Under the pieces are notes generated by a model that saw only the letters and a program-made list of their open reading frames with translations, was not told where the DNA came from and did not search any database. A DNA stretch of 64,000 bases from the human T2T-CHM13v2.0 reference genome, Homo sapiens: assembly GCF_009914755.1 (NCBI RefSeq), contig NC_060929.1. One strand, 5' to 3'. A program made the position numbers and the translations under genes. Shown here one piece after another: positions 44,663-62,587 of this stretch. How positions within the stretch are numbered: position 1 is the first letter of the stretch; every line of letters begins with the position of its first letter.

Positions 44663-45170
44663 ACAATCGTTATCATGGCAGAAAACTCCCATTTACTCCT
44701 TATGACAACAGTAGGAATAGAGCACTTTTATTACTCCCATTTTACCAATTATAAGATTCACAGTTATTGAGGAATTTGTCCATGACCACACAACTGTAGG
44801 TTGTGATGGGAGAAATGTAACACAAGCTGATGCCACTTTAAAGCTAGTACTCTAACCACTATACTAAGTTGGAATACTGGACTGGGAACATGATAAATCT
44901 GGGTTCTGTTGCTAACTGTGCCAGCTCTCCACAGCAATCGTTGCCCCTTAGGATTGCAGAGTAGCAGGGACCAAAAACAAAACCCCAACAACAACAAAAG
45001 CCAAGTTGCAGAGAATAGCCTCAAAAGACTGTTTAGTGTTTTGTGATGGAGAACCCAGCTCTGGTTACCCCAATTCTAACTGCGATCCTCTGCTTGGTTT
45101 CCCTACTCCTCAATAATAAATGTTAGTTAAATTCCCTGAACTCCGACTCCTCATCTTGCAAATGAAGTAG

Positions 45171-45813
<643 letters not shown>

Positions 45814-46149
45814 TCCAACTCTCTTAAGTGTGAAAGTTTCTCACCAAGTCCATTACTTGACAAACTTAGGACAGGCTGGTTTGAGGTCTTATGAAAAGTT
45901 TCATCTTCTCCTACATCTTAAAATCTTTGGCAGTTTTCCCCTATGCTTTCTGTTTCAAACTGTTGACTCTGTTTTTATCTGTTGCACAACTTTTTATCTT
46001 CTGAGCTACCCTAGTTTTATCGTCAGAGCATTTCAGTATGTACAAACAGTCATATGATATTTATTTTTATTTCCACATTGAATTAAATTTAATTTGTAGT
46101 TATATTCCAATGTCAGTTTGATTTTCTTATGTTTATTGCTTTCAAAATA

Positions 46150-46290
46150 TTGGCTTCATTCATTCATTCATTTATTCACTCAATTTCTTCAAAACATATT
46201 GAGCTCCTACAGTGTTCCAGGAACTCTAAGAAGTACTCAAGACAAAAAGATGAATAAATCATGTTCTTTAGAAACTAATAGTTTAACTTG
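46150..46290 (-). mobile_element. L2 3' end
   Basis: TTCATTCATTCATTTATTC...CATATTGAGCTCCTAC...GTTCCAGG...AAAGATGAATAA. Confidence 0.7.
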
Positions 46291-47520
46291 GGTGTATAAA
46301 TTAGCAATTGCCAGGGCAAGTCATTTTTAGTTCAAGTATTATAGAATAATGAAGGCCAAAAAAGAGTATTTTTAAAATTATCTTTCAATGGATCTTAAGA
46401 GGGCACCCCAGAATTGGTAATTATGCGAGTGATATCTGGAAAGGTGACTGAGATAAGCCTGGTAAATTAGAACAGAAAGGACATTTCAGGTAGAAAGAGC
46501 ATTGTTTTATTTGTGTTATTTTATGTTTTGTAATTATTGCAACCCCAATTTTTTTCATTATAGTTATAGGAAGACAGTTCAAAGTAGTGAACTGATCTTT
46601 GTTTTTCATAGTTTCCATAAAATTAATTACAGAGATTATGCTGGAAAAACCATCACATGTAAGCCATTCAGTTAATTTGGGTTCTCTTAAACTGTATATG
46701 TTATGGAAACCAAATAAGAAGTGGATGATATGTCTTGGTTAAGTTATTTAAATGCTATAAATTGATGTCTATAAAATAAATTTCCACTGTTCAAACAACT
46801 ACACTATTAATAAAAATCTCCATGCTGATCCCTTATTTAAGTCTCTTAGTTGCAAGCAGCAGAAGTCCACTCTGGCTGATTACTCAGTTTATTAAAATAA
46901 GCCTGTTTCAAAGAATTTCTAGAAAAAAAAAGAGACTTCATTTGAAACTGAACTTTTAAAAGCAGTGCCACGAATCCTGCCATAAAATTGATCTGATGAG
47001 AAAATCCTTTGCCTTTGCCATAGAAATTTAGCCATTACACTGATAACTTGTATTGTAGGCATTTTGGCCCCCAAAGCTTAACTTTACTACAACTTATATT
47101 ACCAAAATTAATGTCACTGTGGCTTTTGCTTTAATGGTCCCAACCACCTGTAATAATCACTTGCACATACTTAAACCCCTGAATTCATTCTACAGAGCAA
47201 CACAATTATTTACTTTTTTTCCCACCCCAAAATCTCCTAGGCAGAGATACATGCAACCTTGTTTATTCAATAAATTCTTATTGAACACTTACAACTATGC
47301 ACCTAAATTTTGTGAGCAAAATATGTATTTGATTTATTGTAATCGTTCTCATTTTAACATACATCAAAAGTGATATGTACAAGGTACAGTGGTTGGCCAA
47401 AGACACAAGTAGTCTTCCCATGAGTAATTGAGGTAAGCTTCATAGAGGAGGAGATTCTTCATTGTTCTTATATGATATATACATATATCAAGTCATCAAG
47501 TTATACACCTTAAATATATA

Positions 47521-47903
47521 TATCTTAATTTATTTTCTGCTGCTATAGCAGAATATCCAGACTGGATAATTTATAAAGAACAGAATTCTATTTGGCTCAT
47601 AGTTGTGGAGGCTGGAAAGTCCAAGAACATGGCACCATCATCTGACATGGGCCATCCCACAGCAGAAGGCATCACATGGTGAGGAAGTGCATGTGTGAGA
47701 CAGAGAAGAAGGAGGCTGAACTTACAAGAAGCTCACCCCCATGATAATTAACCTACTCCCTCAATAACAACATTAATCCACTCATGAGGGTGGAACTCTC
47801 ATGGTCCAATGATCTCTTAAAAGCCCCACCCCTTAATACTGTTAAAATGGCAATTAAGTTTCCAATACATGAACTTTTGGGGGATAAATTCTAAACATTG
47901 CCA
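47521..47903 (-). mobile_element. MST (MSTC/D-like) solo LTR
   Basis: TTTTCTGCTGCTATAGCAGAATA...ATTTATAAAGAACAG...GGAGGCTGGAAAGTCCAAG...ATTAATCCACTCATGAGGG. Confidence 0.85.
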
Positions 47904-50900
47904 TTAACAATTTAAAAAATTACTAGCCTGGCACAGGGAGTAAATGCATCATAGACAAAGGCATTGAGCCAGAAAGAGAATATTATGTTCAAGAGCCTAG
48001 AAGTTTTATTTTGTTTATATCTCAATGTTAACATTTACCTTGTGCCATAAGTATCCATTTTAGTATATTTTTTCTCCAGTAGTTTGTGAAAGCCTATTAG
48101 GACAATTTTTTTTGTGAATACTAATATCCTAATGTCATTATGTAAAGCGAAAATATCCCTTTAATAATCCAAAGGTGATCAATGATATAAAAGGTTTTTT
48201 TAAGCAATTGAAGTTGTTCTGCTACAATGTGTTTCTGTAATGTAAATTAGCTCATAAATGATTGGTAAATAGGGAATGCTGTCATCTAAATGTAGAAGTT
48301 GCAATTTTTCCAGCAAGTTATTGATTTTTACCACAAAGTAACAGCAGCTGAGTGCAAAGTATATTGGCAAAGCCGAATGAAATAAGGAACAGAGGAATTG
48401 AATACTGTCCACAGGCCTATAGTTTCTCTTGGCACAGTTTGGCAATGTACACTGGCTTAGATGAGCTTTTCCTCAATATTTGTGTATTCCTAGCATCTTC
48501 AACATTTTTCTACATCCCTTTTTATCAAATTACCTACATCACACTTTATTTTGAATGTAAATTGCTTTATTCAGAACATCATTTCTTTAAATATTTTAGA
48601 AGTTTAATTTTTTAAGTGAGATATTTTAAATAAATTTTATTATTATTTTTGTTACTGGCCTGGTTATATTTTAAATGGTCTGGCCAACCCCATTTTCTCC
48701 ATACGATTGGTAATATTAATGTGTGATTTTTAGGACTATAAGACTTTTCTAGAATTCTTACATTTTGTGATTTCTGAAAATTGTTTTTATGAAGAAAAAC
48801 AGTGAAATCATTCATGAAATATTTTCAACAGCATCATGTGGAAGGAAAAAAGCTTTTCCTCCCTATTTAAATAACAATCTGTGAAAAAAATTAAGAAGAA
48901 AATCTACTTGCCGTCATTCCCCAGGCAATCCAGTTAATCTACTATTCACACAAATGCTTTCAGATAGATCTTTACCCCAACAGTAAAGCCATATCCAGTG
49001 CCAAAACACAGAGTACAAAAACAAATAAATGTTAGAACAGTGAATAGCAATGTGGTCCAACACTTTGTTTTGATAATTGGCACATCCCATGCAATAAATT
49101 TCTGGCACCATTCAATTCAGCTGTTACTCTTATGTTACGTTTTTTCCTGTGCTGTCTTTTGCTTTCTGTCTTTCCAATTAGATTTCAAACTACTTAAGAG
49201 ACATATTTTATATTTCTGTATTTCTCAGGACTTAGCAAAATATCAGACAGAGTATGGGTACCTGAAATTTGTTTTCTAGTTAATTCGTAAGTTGGGCTGA
49301 CTTGCATTAAACTTAGAGAAACAATTATTGAAAAGAGTTGCCTTTCAACATTTGAATTAAAAGCAGACAAATCAAAGAGAAGGAAAATGACCCATAATTC
49401 ACTCATACATAACACATTTTGTGGTTATCTCTTTGGGTTTTAGAGGATATTACTTTCTTATTTTGTCTCTAGGTCTAGTCCCTGCTAAGGTTAAGAATTT
49501 CAGAGAGCTACAGAAGAGTATTATGCCCCCTCTGTGTTGACAATTTTCTTTATTATTATAGACAAATAATTGCTTCTGAGGCTGTTGGCCTGGGTCACAT
49601 TTCTCCTGGTAGAAAGTCTTTGTTTGTGTGTGTGTTTTCTTTTTTTCTTTTTTTTTTTTTTCAATCCCCTTGGTAGAAGAAAAAAACGCTTGTCCTTGGT
49701 GGCTGTATATTTTCATCAAGCCAAGAATGTCAGCTTCAAAAAATAATTACTGCAGCAATTATGGCTTCTGTAGGTGATTAAATTGCTGAAAACATATATT
49801 GACACGTTGCATCTTATTATTATTTTTTTTTAGGAGTGAGTTAGCACTCTCCATACCCTTCCTAGTCTTGTACTTGGTTACATTTATTTGCTTGAGCAAT
49901 AATAGGACAATTATGTAAATATATATGGTCTAGGTAAGTGTGTATGCTTCTCAGTCATGACGTTGATGTCTCTCCATTATTATTTCTAAGCAATGCTGGA
50001 AAATCCCAGTCACATTCATTTTGGATTGTATCTGTATAAATGGAGGAATCCTGGTGAGAATATACCTACACTTGATGATGTGAGATTTTGCCAATTATTT
50101 CAAGACACATTTCAACCTTATGATACCTTTTGTTAAAAGCCTTTGAAAAGAGAGATTATTTGAGGGATTTAAGGCTATTTATCATAGCCCAGAGACAGAT
50201 GTGCTTTGCTGGACAGCTATAATACACCATATGGTTAGTCACGTCAGCATATGTACTGGAAGAAGGACCCTCACAATCTAGTGACCCATATATAGCTACA
50301 AATAAGAAGAGAAAATAAAATAGACATGTTTTATTATAGTTATTTTAAATTTCACTGAAATTTCCCTGACATTATAAACTAAAATTTTCTGTTAGGTAGT
50401 AAATGCAGAATTCCATATCTTTATAGTAGCCACTGTTATTAGTGAATTGTGCTAGGTACCAAGTTTTCCTGGCATATGACATACTCCAAATTTTCTGAAA
50501 ACCCACCTAATTAGAACAACTAAAAATAGGTGAGCTACTACTACATTATTTGTTAAGGTTACAGTACCACGATGTTTCAGAATTGCCACAAGAATGAGTC
50601 ATTATGTAATACTGTCTGCAATTGACTCTGTTTTCTTCTAGTTTTAAATGTTGCACCACAGGAAAGAGCATGGTGCCTTTAGGAGAATTCTTAAAATTTC
50701 TCTGTCTCAAATTTCTCAGTATCACTCCATCCCACTATGGAATGTAATCAATGGCAACCATCAAAGACACACAGCACTCATAATTCTTGGTGGTCCAATA
50801 AACCTCTCGGTCAACTCCAGCTTTCCAGCTGGCCTATAGATGGATGCCTTAAATTTCAACGTTATACAACCCAGTTTTGTTAAGTATTGTCCCTGGTATT

Positions 50901-52479
50901 CCATTTTGAAATGCAAATGATGTCCAATAACCATGAGGGCCTTATCTCTTAGGGCAACCTCGTATACCATTTTTATTTCTGAACTGTGAAGTTTGGGGCA
51001 GAATGAATAAGTAGAAGGAGTGACACTGAAAGACTAGTGGTAGATGGAACCCAAAGGCAAAATACCTGACATGGGAAAAACTTTGCTTTCTGTCTTTACT
51101 CTGTAACCTGAACTTGCTTTTTGTTGGCTACCATTTTTTGGAAGGTTAGCTGCCTAGAGAAAAGGGAACTCTCTTGGGAACCAGAAGATTTGAGTAAAAG
51201 ATCTAGTCATTAGTTGTATGATTAGTTATTTGTGTGTCTTTGTCTTTTGTCGTCATTATTAGTGTGGTTAAAAAAGAAAGTGATAAGCAATCCCCCATTT
51301 AATGCACTGGAAGTAAGATAATAGAGAAATGGACTTCTATTTCACAGGTTGTAAACTGATGTCCCACTGATAACTTTGGCTCACAAGATGGGCTCTTTTT
51401 AGCTTAAACACCATCTAAAATGTTTTTGAATCTTTAGTTTAAAAAATTGTGCATAGAAATGTGTATATTCTGCTTCTTATAAAAAAGCAGAAGTTCTGGG
51501 AACACTGCGCCAAGTTGGGTGGCCTCTGTCCCTGTAGAAAATGAGTGTTCTACAGGTCACCATCATCACCATTCCCTGTTATTTACACTTGGATGCTTTC
51601 ACTCATTTATGTTACCTACATGACCACATAGGCTTTTGAATTTCTGACACCTATTGCCACCTTTGCAACTTGTCATGGTATTACTATAAAATGACAAAGT
51701 AGAGTAAGAATGGCTTAGACATCCAGGAAAATATGAAATAGAATCATGGAGAATATTTTCTCCCTCTTATTAACTCATGTTTTCTTGAATTCAAAATGGA
51801 GAATGAGAATGTTTAATAATCTTAGCATTCATCTCTTTCTTTTCCTACCTACTCTGAAGCCATGACACATATCTCTAGTATCAAAGAACTGTTTGCTATT
51901 TCTGGTAGGGTCCATGGTTACGAGGCAGAATTTGGAAATGCCCACCAGGCCGAAAAATACAGAACCCTGTCTTGCAGTTTCTCAAAGGAGAAGAGCATCA
52001 GTATTGTCAAGCTTAAATTGTTTTCTTTCAAACTAAAAGCGAACATGTGATTTTGTTTCATTATTATTAAATGCATTTATGAAAAAAGTCTTTGCATAAT
52101 GAAATATTTGATACCAGTGTTATAGCCAATACTCCTGAGAAAAGAATAAGCCTGATTCCTAATCATACTTTGTTATGTATTTTAAACAAGAAACACATTT
52201 TATTAACTTTACTAAAAAAATGTAAATATAATGCCTTTGGTTCATAAATGAACAATATGGCTGTGACATTTTCTGATTTTTTTAATAAAACTAATTCTGT
52301 ATCCTATTTTTGGAGATATATGCATTTCTTCCACTTAAAATGTTAAATATCAACTGGAGTAAAGACTGGCAAAGAACATGTAAAAGGAATGGACATGTTA
52401 TTTCTCTTTCCACGTATTTGGATTTAACTTTTCTTCTTTGATTATTAAAAGGAAAATCTTGTTAATAGATTTTAAACAT

Positions 52480-53220
52480 TTTTAAAATTATAACAATTTA
52501 AATCTATAAATTTCCTTCTAAGCAACACTTTAGCTGCATCCCACACATTTTGATATGTGTTAAATTTGTATTCTCTTTAAAATGTTTTTTGTACTATTTT
52601 GTGGTTTTTTAGCTATAATTATATAAAAGTATGTTGACAAGTTTTCAAAATTTGGGTTAATTGCCTAGATACTTTACCATTGTTGACTTCTAAATTAACC
52701 CTGTCGAGGTAGTAAATTTCAACTTTTGAAATTTATTGACACATGACTCATGTTGTGACACATCTTTATGACCTTTCCACGTGCACCTGAAAAAATTCTG
52801 CTTTCTGAAGTTGTTGAGTGTAAAATTCTGTACATGATAATTAGTTCAAACTATTTTATAAGGTTGTATGTGTTTCTATATCTTTATTGATTTCTATTTG
52901 CTTAATCATTTATTTAGATTGAGAGAAGAGTATTAGAATCTCCAAATAGGTCATAGATTTGTCTCTTTCTACCTTTAATTCTATCTAGTTTTGCTTCACG
53001 TATTTTGCAAATCTGCTATTACTGCGTAAGAATTTATGATTGCTGTTTCCCTGATGAATTTACCTTTTTTATCATTATGGGATGACTTTCATAGGTTTTT
53101 ATAATAATCTTGACTTTGAATATCTTATACAATGTAGCTACACCAGCCTTCTCATGTTCATTGTGCAGAGTATGCCTGCTTGCTTTCTTTAATATGCGAT
53201 CTGCACCTTCATTTCAAAGT
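52480..53220 (-). mobile_element. Old L1M/L1ME fragment
   Basis: CTATAAATTTCCTTCTAAGCA...TTTAGCTGCATCCCACACATTTTGATATGT...GAGAGAAGAGTATTAGAATCTCCAA. Confidence 0.7.
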
Positions 53221-53999
53221 GCCTGACTCTTCTATGGTTTTAATGGAAAATCCAGCATGCATCTTCTGCCCTTCTAACCAAATGGATTCCAGTCTCTGCC
53301 CTAGCAATTGAAGTACCTGCCTAGATTTCTCAGCCTTCTAGCGTTCTGCCTTTTAGGGATTTTCTGGAATATTTCCTATTCGTATTCAGCTTAGAGGTCA
53401 GTCAAGTATTTGATAGGAGTTCAAACTCAAAGTGAGAGCTTCTTCGGCTGAGAGGTTGTCCCTGGATTCCATCTCTTTCCATTTCTAGCCTTTCTGGGAG
53501 CCCTGAGTTCCTTCCTCTGACACTCAAGCCACTAAGCAGTAGAGTTTTCTGTTTGAGTTTTAGCAGGCTTGTACCTCATGCAGTGAGGATTGCCCTTGGG
53601 ATATATAAATCCACACAGATGGATCTCAACGATTTACTTCATTCAAGAGTCAATCCCTAGTTTCAGCCTGCTTTTGATGACTCAGTGAGTTTAAAGTTCT
53701 TATCTGTAAGACAATGTGTCCAAAAAAAATCTACACTCCCATTAATAGAACTGAAACCGCCTATACTCTAGCGGCAAATTTACACTCAGATGGTTGGGAG
53801 TGAAATGTGTTAAACCAGTGTTGTTGCAAAAATTCAAAGGGAATTCTCCATCTCCCTAGGTTGTGTCTAAGTTCAAATACTTTTATGTATTACTACAATT
53901 GGTCACACAGCTGACACTGTATGCATAAGATAACAAAAATGTCCACATTTGTTCCAAGGAAGGGAACGAGCAAACCTTATGATCTAAGAAACAGTTATT

Positions 54000-56085
<2,086 letters not shown>

Positions 56086-57257
56086 CTCTGTGGGATTTCT
56101 CCCAAGAAAAGCTTCCCAAGGTGTGGATACATGAGCTGTTTCTTGAGAGTAGGCATTGGCAGTGGAGAAATTGTTTGGATCCATTATAGACTTATAGAAA
56201 GTAGTATGAGAAACCATGGACACCTGGTGTTTTCAAGACGTTAGTATGATCAGAAAAGAAGTGAGAAGGAAAGTTTAAAGTCAGACTATCAAAGTCATCA
56301 AGTGCCATGTTAAAGAGTTCCAAATTTATTCTGCAGTCATGGAGGACAGCCAGAGATGTTTGAATTAATGGAAAATAAGATCAAGTACTATAATTTTGGA
56401 GGTAACCCTGATGATAGCATCTTGAAATAGCTACTAAAAGGGTGACTCAACCTGGGGCCTCCAACAGGATGGGTCCAGATAAAAAGCATGACATTTTTAG
56501 TGTTAGTTCTGTTGGCATACAAGCATACATTTAGAGATTTCCCATAACATTGGAAATTTTTACATATTTTTCTCTCCCCAAAGTTTATGATACATTCTTC
56601 AAATTAAAAAAAAAAATCTCAGAAGACTTAACAGTCGATGTATTGGTCCTATATTTTCTAATTTAGCGTTTCCTGGGCTTATTTCACCACAGCTCTCAGT
56701 GAGGACATTAATAAATGTGGGAGCTAGAATGAAAACACTGTTCTATGCCAACACAGTAACAGAATAACTGATGAATGTAATGTGCCAGACATGTATTCAA
56801 CTTGATTGGCAGGTGACATGTTATTTACCCCTCACAATAACCCCAGCCATCAGTAAGGTATACACTATTGTGTCCCAACATGCAATACATGAGAAAATGG
56901 AGACTTCAGGAGATGATGTGGTTTGCCAATGTCACAGAAATAACAAGCAGTCCCGCTAAAATGTGAACACAGGAAAGTTGACTCCAGTTCTCTTAGTAGG
57001 TATTTTTTTTATGCTATCACCCCCTCCTTTGGCCCCAACTTGTGCTCCTTGGGACAAAAAAAAAAAAAAAAAAGGAATAAGTAGAAATACATTTCTTTTT
57101 TAGAAAAAAGAATTTTAAACCTTTCTGCTTCCTATGTATGCCTTTGGAAGGAAAAGAATTCTGAACATGCTTTGCTCATTGCTTTGCCATGCATTTTCAT
57201 CACATAAAGAACACCCTGGAATATTTTTTCAATTAGGTAAAAGAATTTCCTTCTTAA

Positions 57258-57904
<647 letters not shown>

Positions 57905-58358
57905 TTAACTACTATCTTACTGTCATATTAAAAGTGTCTTAATAACAGATTTCCAACACTTGCTTTCAGTGTTTGGAATTTTCCTAACTTGATGCTCATT
58001 CTTTTACTCCATGCTTAATTCCAGGCAAATCGTAGTAGCTATGGGCTCAGCAAATCAACTATATGACTCTTTATTTTCAGTGTTTTTGATATCACTGAAA
58101 ACTTTTCTATAAAATAAGTCTTAAAAGGTTTAGGAATATTTATCAACAATACATTTTATACATTCTCTTCATGACTGGGAAGTTATCATGAAGAAGTGAA
58201 GAATTAAGGGGTTCAAAATGCATTATTATCAGCCCAAGGAAACAGAGGGATTGATAAATGTAATTAAATTGTGGACTCTACTGTCTATGCTTTGCCAGAA
58301 ATTGTCAAAAAAAAAAAAAACCCACAATAATGATAATTGTGAAAATTTATTTAGTGCT

Positions 58359-58520
58359 GGCTGAACATGGTGGCTTGTGCCTGTAGTCCTAGCTGCTCTG
58401 AAGGCTGAGGCAGGAGAGTTGTTTGAGCCCAGAAGTTTGTGGTTGCAGTGAGCTATGATCATGCCACTACACTCCAGCCTGGGCAACAGAAAGATGGAGC
58501 GAGACCCTGTCTCAAAAAAA
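58359..58520 (+). mobile_element. Alu right monomer (FRAM/AluJ-like) followed by a GGAT/GATA repeat
   Basis: CCTGTAGTCCTAGCT...GCAGTGAGCTATGATCATGCCACT...CCCTGTCTCAAAA. Confidence 0.85.
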
Positions 58521-59969
58521 TGGATGGATGGATAGATAGATTAGATAGATAGATGATTGATAGAGAGAGAAAGAGAGATGCAGTGCTTTTCACAACATCA
58601 AGGAAAGTGTTACACTGGTTTCACTTTACAAACAATAGACTCAACCTAGGAGTCATGACTTAAGTAGGCATGTTAGAAAATAAGGCAGCTAATCTCTAAG
58701 AGTTCTGTTTGGTGATGATCCCAAGTCAGGATTCATCAAGGATGCTTCTTTTGTCAGAGACATTGCTGTCTGTGCTACAAGATGATGGAATTTGGTGGGG
58801 CTCTGGGTGCTGGCTTGGAGACACACATGGATGCATTTGGGCAGTTTCCACTTTTGACGAGGGCTTGTGCATTTGTCCAGAACCATGTTCTGCTGACTTC
58901 TTACGCTGCTCATCACTTGCCTCGCCCTAGGGGATTTTTGTCAGTAACAGTTAAACCACTGGCAGCTTTAAGTATTCCCCATCAACCTCAAGCTATTTTG
59001 GGGCATGTTCCTGACACAGTGCTGCAAAATTCTCACTAATAATCATTTATTCTTCCATTCATTATGACATTTTCTCTCGGTGTTACCTGAACTCTCTCTA
59101 ACATGCACACATGCATACACACACACAATATACAATGGAAAGACAGTCATTACAGAAGACGGGGATTTATTTTTTAGATTGAAAATAAAAGTATAAGTTT
59201 TCCCTTAATCGAACCCGAAAATCTGCCTTAGAATAACAAAACAAAGTAAATAAACTAAATATTCCCTCTAAATAGTTAATTCTTCTCTGAAGGCTTGAGT
59301 TCTGGCATCTGCCCTTACCTCACCTCCCAGGTTCTGAGTCAATATACTAGAAGACATTTTAACCTTTCTCTGCTATCTCATGGATATTTCCAAACTTGTA
59401 TTACCAGTAAGGTTATTTACTAGTTATCTTTCCCCTTTTCATTTTAAAAAGAAGAATTTCAGCCATTCAAATAATTTTTAAACTATGGGTCAGGTTCAAT
59501 GTGTTGGAACAAAATCACAATTGTTAAGTCAGTGACTACAAAGGAAATCAAAGCTTTATGAGTTTCTCCTGATCATAGTAAAAATATGTACTTACTCGTG
59601 TGTATTTCTTCAGCGTAAGACTATACAAGGCATGATATCTGAATTAAATATGAAAAAAGTACAATTTTTATGTCTTCAAACATCCATCAGGCTGATCTTG
59701 TGCCTCTGTCTGAGTTGTTACTGAGCATTAGATTAAGAGATATTCTTTCTGTATTCAGACTTTTTAAGAACTACAAAGAGAAAAAAAATTGATAGATTAT
59801 AGAATAAGATTTTATGACTGCTCTTTCAAATCCAAACCCAATGTTTAAAATACCATTCTTTTAGTTGCACTGTGAAAAAGAAACCACTATGTTTTGGAGA
59901 GACTAGCACCAGCTGAATGAATCAAAGAGAAAAAGAATTTCAAATGTATGGCAGACTTAAGAAAATGTG

Positions 59970-60281
59970 GGCCGGGCGCGGTAGCTCACGCCTATAATCC
60001 TAGCACTTTGGGAGGACGAGGCAGGCAGATCACCTGAGCTCAGGAGTTCAAAACCAGTCTGGGCGACACCGTGAAACCCTGTCTCTACTAAAAACACAAA
60101 AAAAGTAGCCAGGCGTGGCAGCGTGCACCTGTAGTCCCAGCTACTTGGGAAGCTGAGGCAGACGAATTGCTCGAACCTGGGAGGCGGAGGTTGCAGTGAG
60201 CCTACATGCCACCACTACACTCCACACTCCAGCCTGGGCAACAAAGCGAGATTCTGTCTCCAAAAAAAAAAAAAAAAAAAA
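59970..60281 (+). mobile_element. AluS SINE
   Basis: Alu body and A tail; TSD AAGAAAATGTG at 59959-59969 and 60282-60292. Confidence 0.95.
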
Positions 60282-61227
60282 AAGAAAATGTGATCATATT
60301 ATAAATGTGCTTACATGCCATGATAGCTTGGGAAAAGTCGTTGTTTATGTGGCCTCAATGAGACTTTTAACAAGTTGTGATGAGCTTATCAGTTATAAAA
60401 ATCATGAAAGTCACAATAGTAGGTAACAAAGTTAGACAGGTGATAAATGAAAACCCAAGAAGGATATATCAGCTGCACAGCTAAATATTTATTAGGTGAC
60501 CGGTAACAAAACATATCACCTGCCATGAGGGTAGATATTTTAATTAGTGAAAAATACTATTTTCTGGCTGGTAGTGAAATTGTCATATAATACCCTGCAA
60601 GAAGAATTTCTTTTAGAAGCACTCCGTTTCCTACTTTAGAATTCGTTTGTCCTCTCCCTGTTCTTAGGTGAAGAAAATGCAACACAGTAACTGTGTTCTA
60701 CTATGCTTGTTTAAGGTGGTGGAAACCAAATCTAGAATCAAATTACCTCATGTGATAAAAGTTTGGTCCCTGAGTTCTCTCTGACTTAGACCAAGTTGCA
60801 CAATAGAAAATAATTTATCAGCAAAGTACCACAGAACTTCAAATTTAAGTGCTACTTGTTTGGAAGGTTAAGGCAGGAGGTGATGATGTGACTTTTTAAT
60901 AATATTACATCACGTTATAGATAACAGATATTTTAAGCTTTTAAAATATTATTTATATTTAACTATCTTTACTTCTCTATGGAACTTATCCTTATTGTCT
61001 GGTCCAAAGAGAAACATTCCCACATGGCTGGTTTTATAGTTATTCAATCATTACTTAGTACTTTGGTCTCTTGCAGTATCATATTTATATATTGGATCAG
61101 TGATTGATATAAATATTTGTATAAGGCAGTTTATTCTTTATCATGTCTTAGAGAATGTTCATTGCTGCCTTTCCTTCTTTTTTCCCTATTATAGTTACTT
61201 AGGTATGGTGCTTGAGAGCAAATACTA

Positions 61228-61359
61228 TGAGGGAGGAAAAGGGAGTGAAGAAGGGAGGGAGAAAGAGAGGGAAGAAAAGAATGAAGCTGGAAAGGAAGAA
61301 GGAAGAGAGGGAAGGAGGGACTAAGGAGCTAAGGGAAGAAGGAGGGGAAAAGAAAGGGA
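61228..61359. repeat. Purine-rich (GA-rich) low-complexity tract
   Basis: Almost all G/A; read directly. Confidence 0.85.
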
Positions 61360-62251
61360 TCACTCTGATTGGTTCTTATTTATCCCAAATACTTGTAGTA
61401 CTCAATTTATCAAAAAAAATAAGTATGCCAGTAGCAAGTTTTGGGGGGATAATCTTGCTAAATCTTCACCAGAGTAAAAATATAAGGAAGATATCATTTT
61501 AAGGCACACACTTCAGATTTCAGCAAAATTCTACCCCATTTTCCAAAATGCAATGGCCCAGCGTAAGGATCCCCTTTTCCTCCATCCTTCTCATCCTGAT
61601 AGCCTTTCACCCCTTTCATACTCCTGACCACTTCATTTTCAGCAGAGCCCCACAGGAATAATAGCTTCTGTCACAAGAAGTGGGAGGAATATGATGTAAT
61701 GCTCTGGGTAATTTTGTTAAACCCACTTAGCACCTAATCCACTCAAGTCAAAGCTGGTACTGGAGTTATCACTCACTAGACTGGCTTTGTGCGCAGAGCA
61801 ATTCAATACCCACACATCTTCACAAATTACTGGTACGCGTCTTCAGACAGTAGGCTGCGACAGCTGAAAAAGATACCTCTTCAACTCCTAATTTTCTGTA
61901 TTTTTATTTCATTCTTAACACCTCTTTGCAGACAATTAGCTTTTTCCCCCTTTTCTTTCTCAGACTATTTTAAATTAGCCCATTTGAGGCTGATGAATGA
62001 GCCAAGTTACAGCCCATGAAGGAAGCACTAGCTGAATGCTAAAATGGTGCTCGTTGCTAGAATGCAATGCAACATATTTTATTCTAGGAGGCAAGCAATG
62101 GAATAGACACGTTTACGCATTTTCAAGATAATTTATTTAACTAAATGTGAGACATATACTATGCATTATTGAAGAACTATGTAAAGACCCCATAGGTGAC
62201 TGGGAATCTCTTTCTGGGTACATTTCTTGTTTTTAAAACATGATTAACCTC

Positions 62252-62587
62252 TTTTTTTTTTTTTTTTTTTTGAGACAGGGTCTTACTCTGTCACCCAGTG
62301 CAAGAGTGCAGTGGTATGATCATAGCTCACTGCAGCCTCAATCTCGCAGGCTCATGTCACCCTCCCACCTCAGCCTCTCAGGCTCAAGTCACCCTCCCAC
62401 CTCAGTCTCCCAAGTAGCTGGGACCACAGGTCCATGCCATCATGCCCAGCTAATTTAAAAAAAATTTTTTTTAGAGACAGGCTCTCCCTATGTTGCCCAG
62501 GTTGGTCTTGAACTCCTGAGCTCAAGCATCTTCCCACCTTGGCTTCTCAAAGTGCTGGGATTACAGACATGAGCCACGCACTTGGCC
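62252..62587 (-). mobile_element. AluJ with a 32-bp internal tandem duplication
   Basis: GATCATAGCTCACTGCAGCCTC and GAGCTCAAGC (J-type); TSD TGATTAACCT. Confidence 0.93.

Noticed and set aside
50648-50839. ORF starting MLHHRK, loosely like the dystrophin Dp116 N-terminus
   Set aside because: Similarity limited to about 4 residues; no matching donor and no dystrophin exons in the window
50900-50920. ATGCAAAT octamer with an upstream TTTTGAA (SOX-OCT-like)
   Set aside because: SOX half is imperfect, and several octamers occur in this AT-rich window as expected by chance
61100-61502. Glu/Gly/Lys/Arg-rich ORFs
   Set aside because: Translation of a GA-rich low-complexity tract
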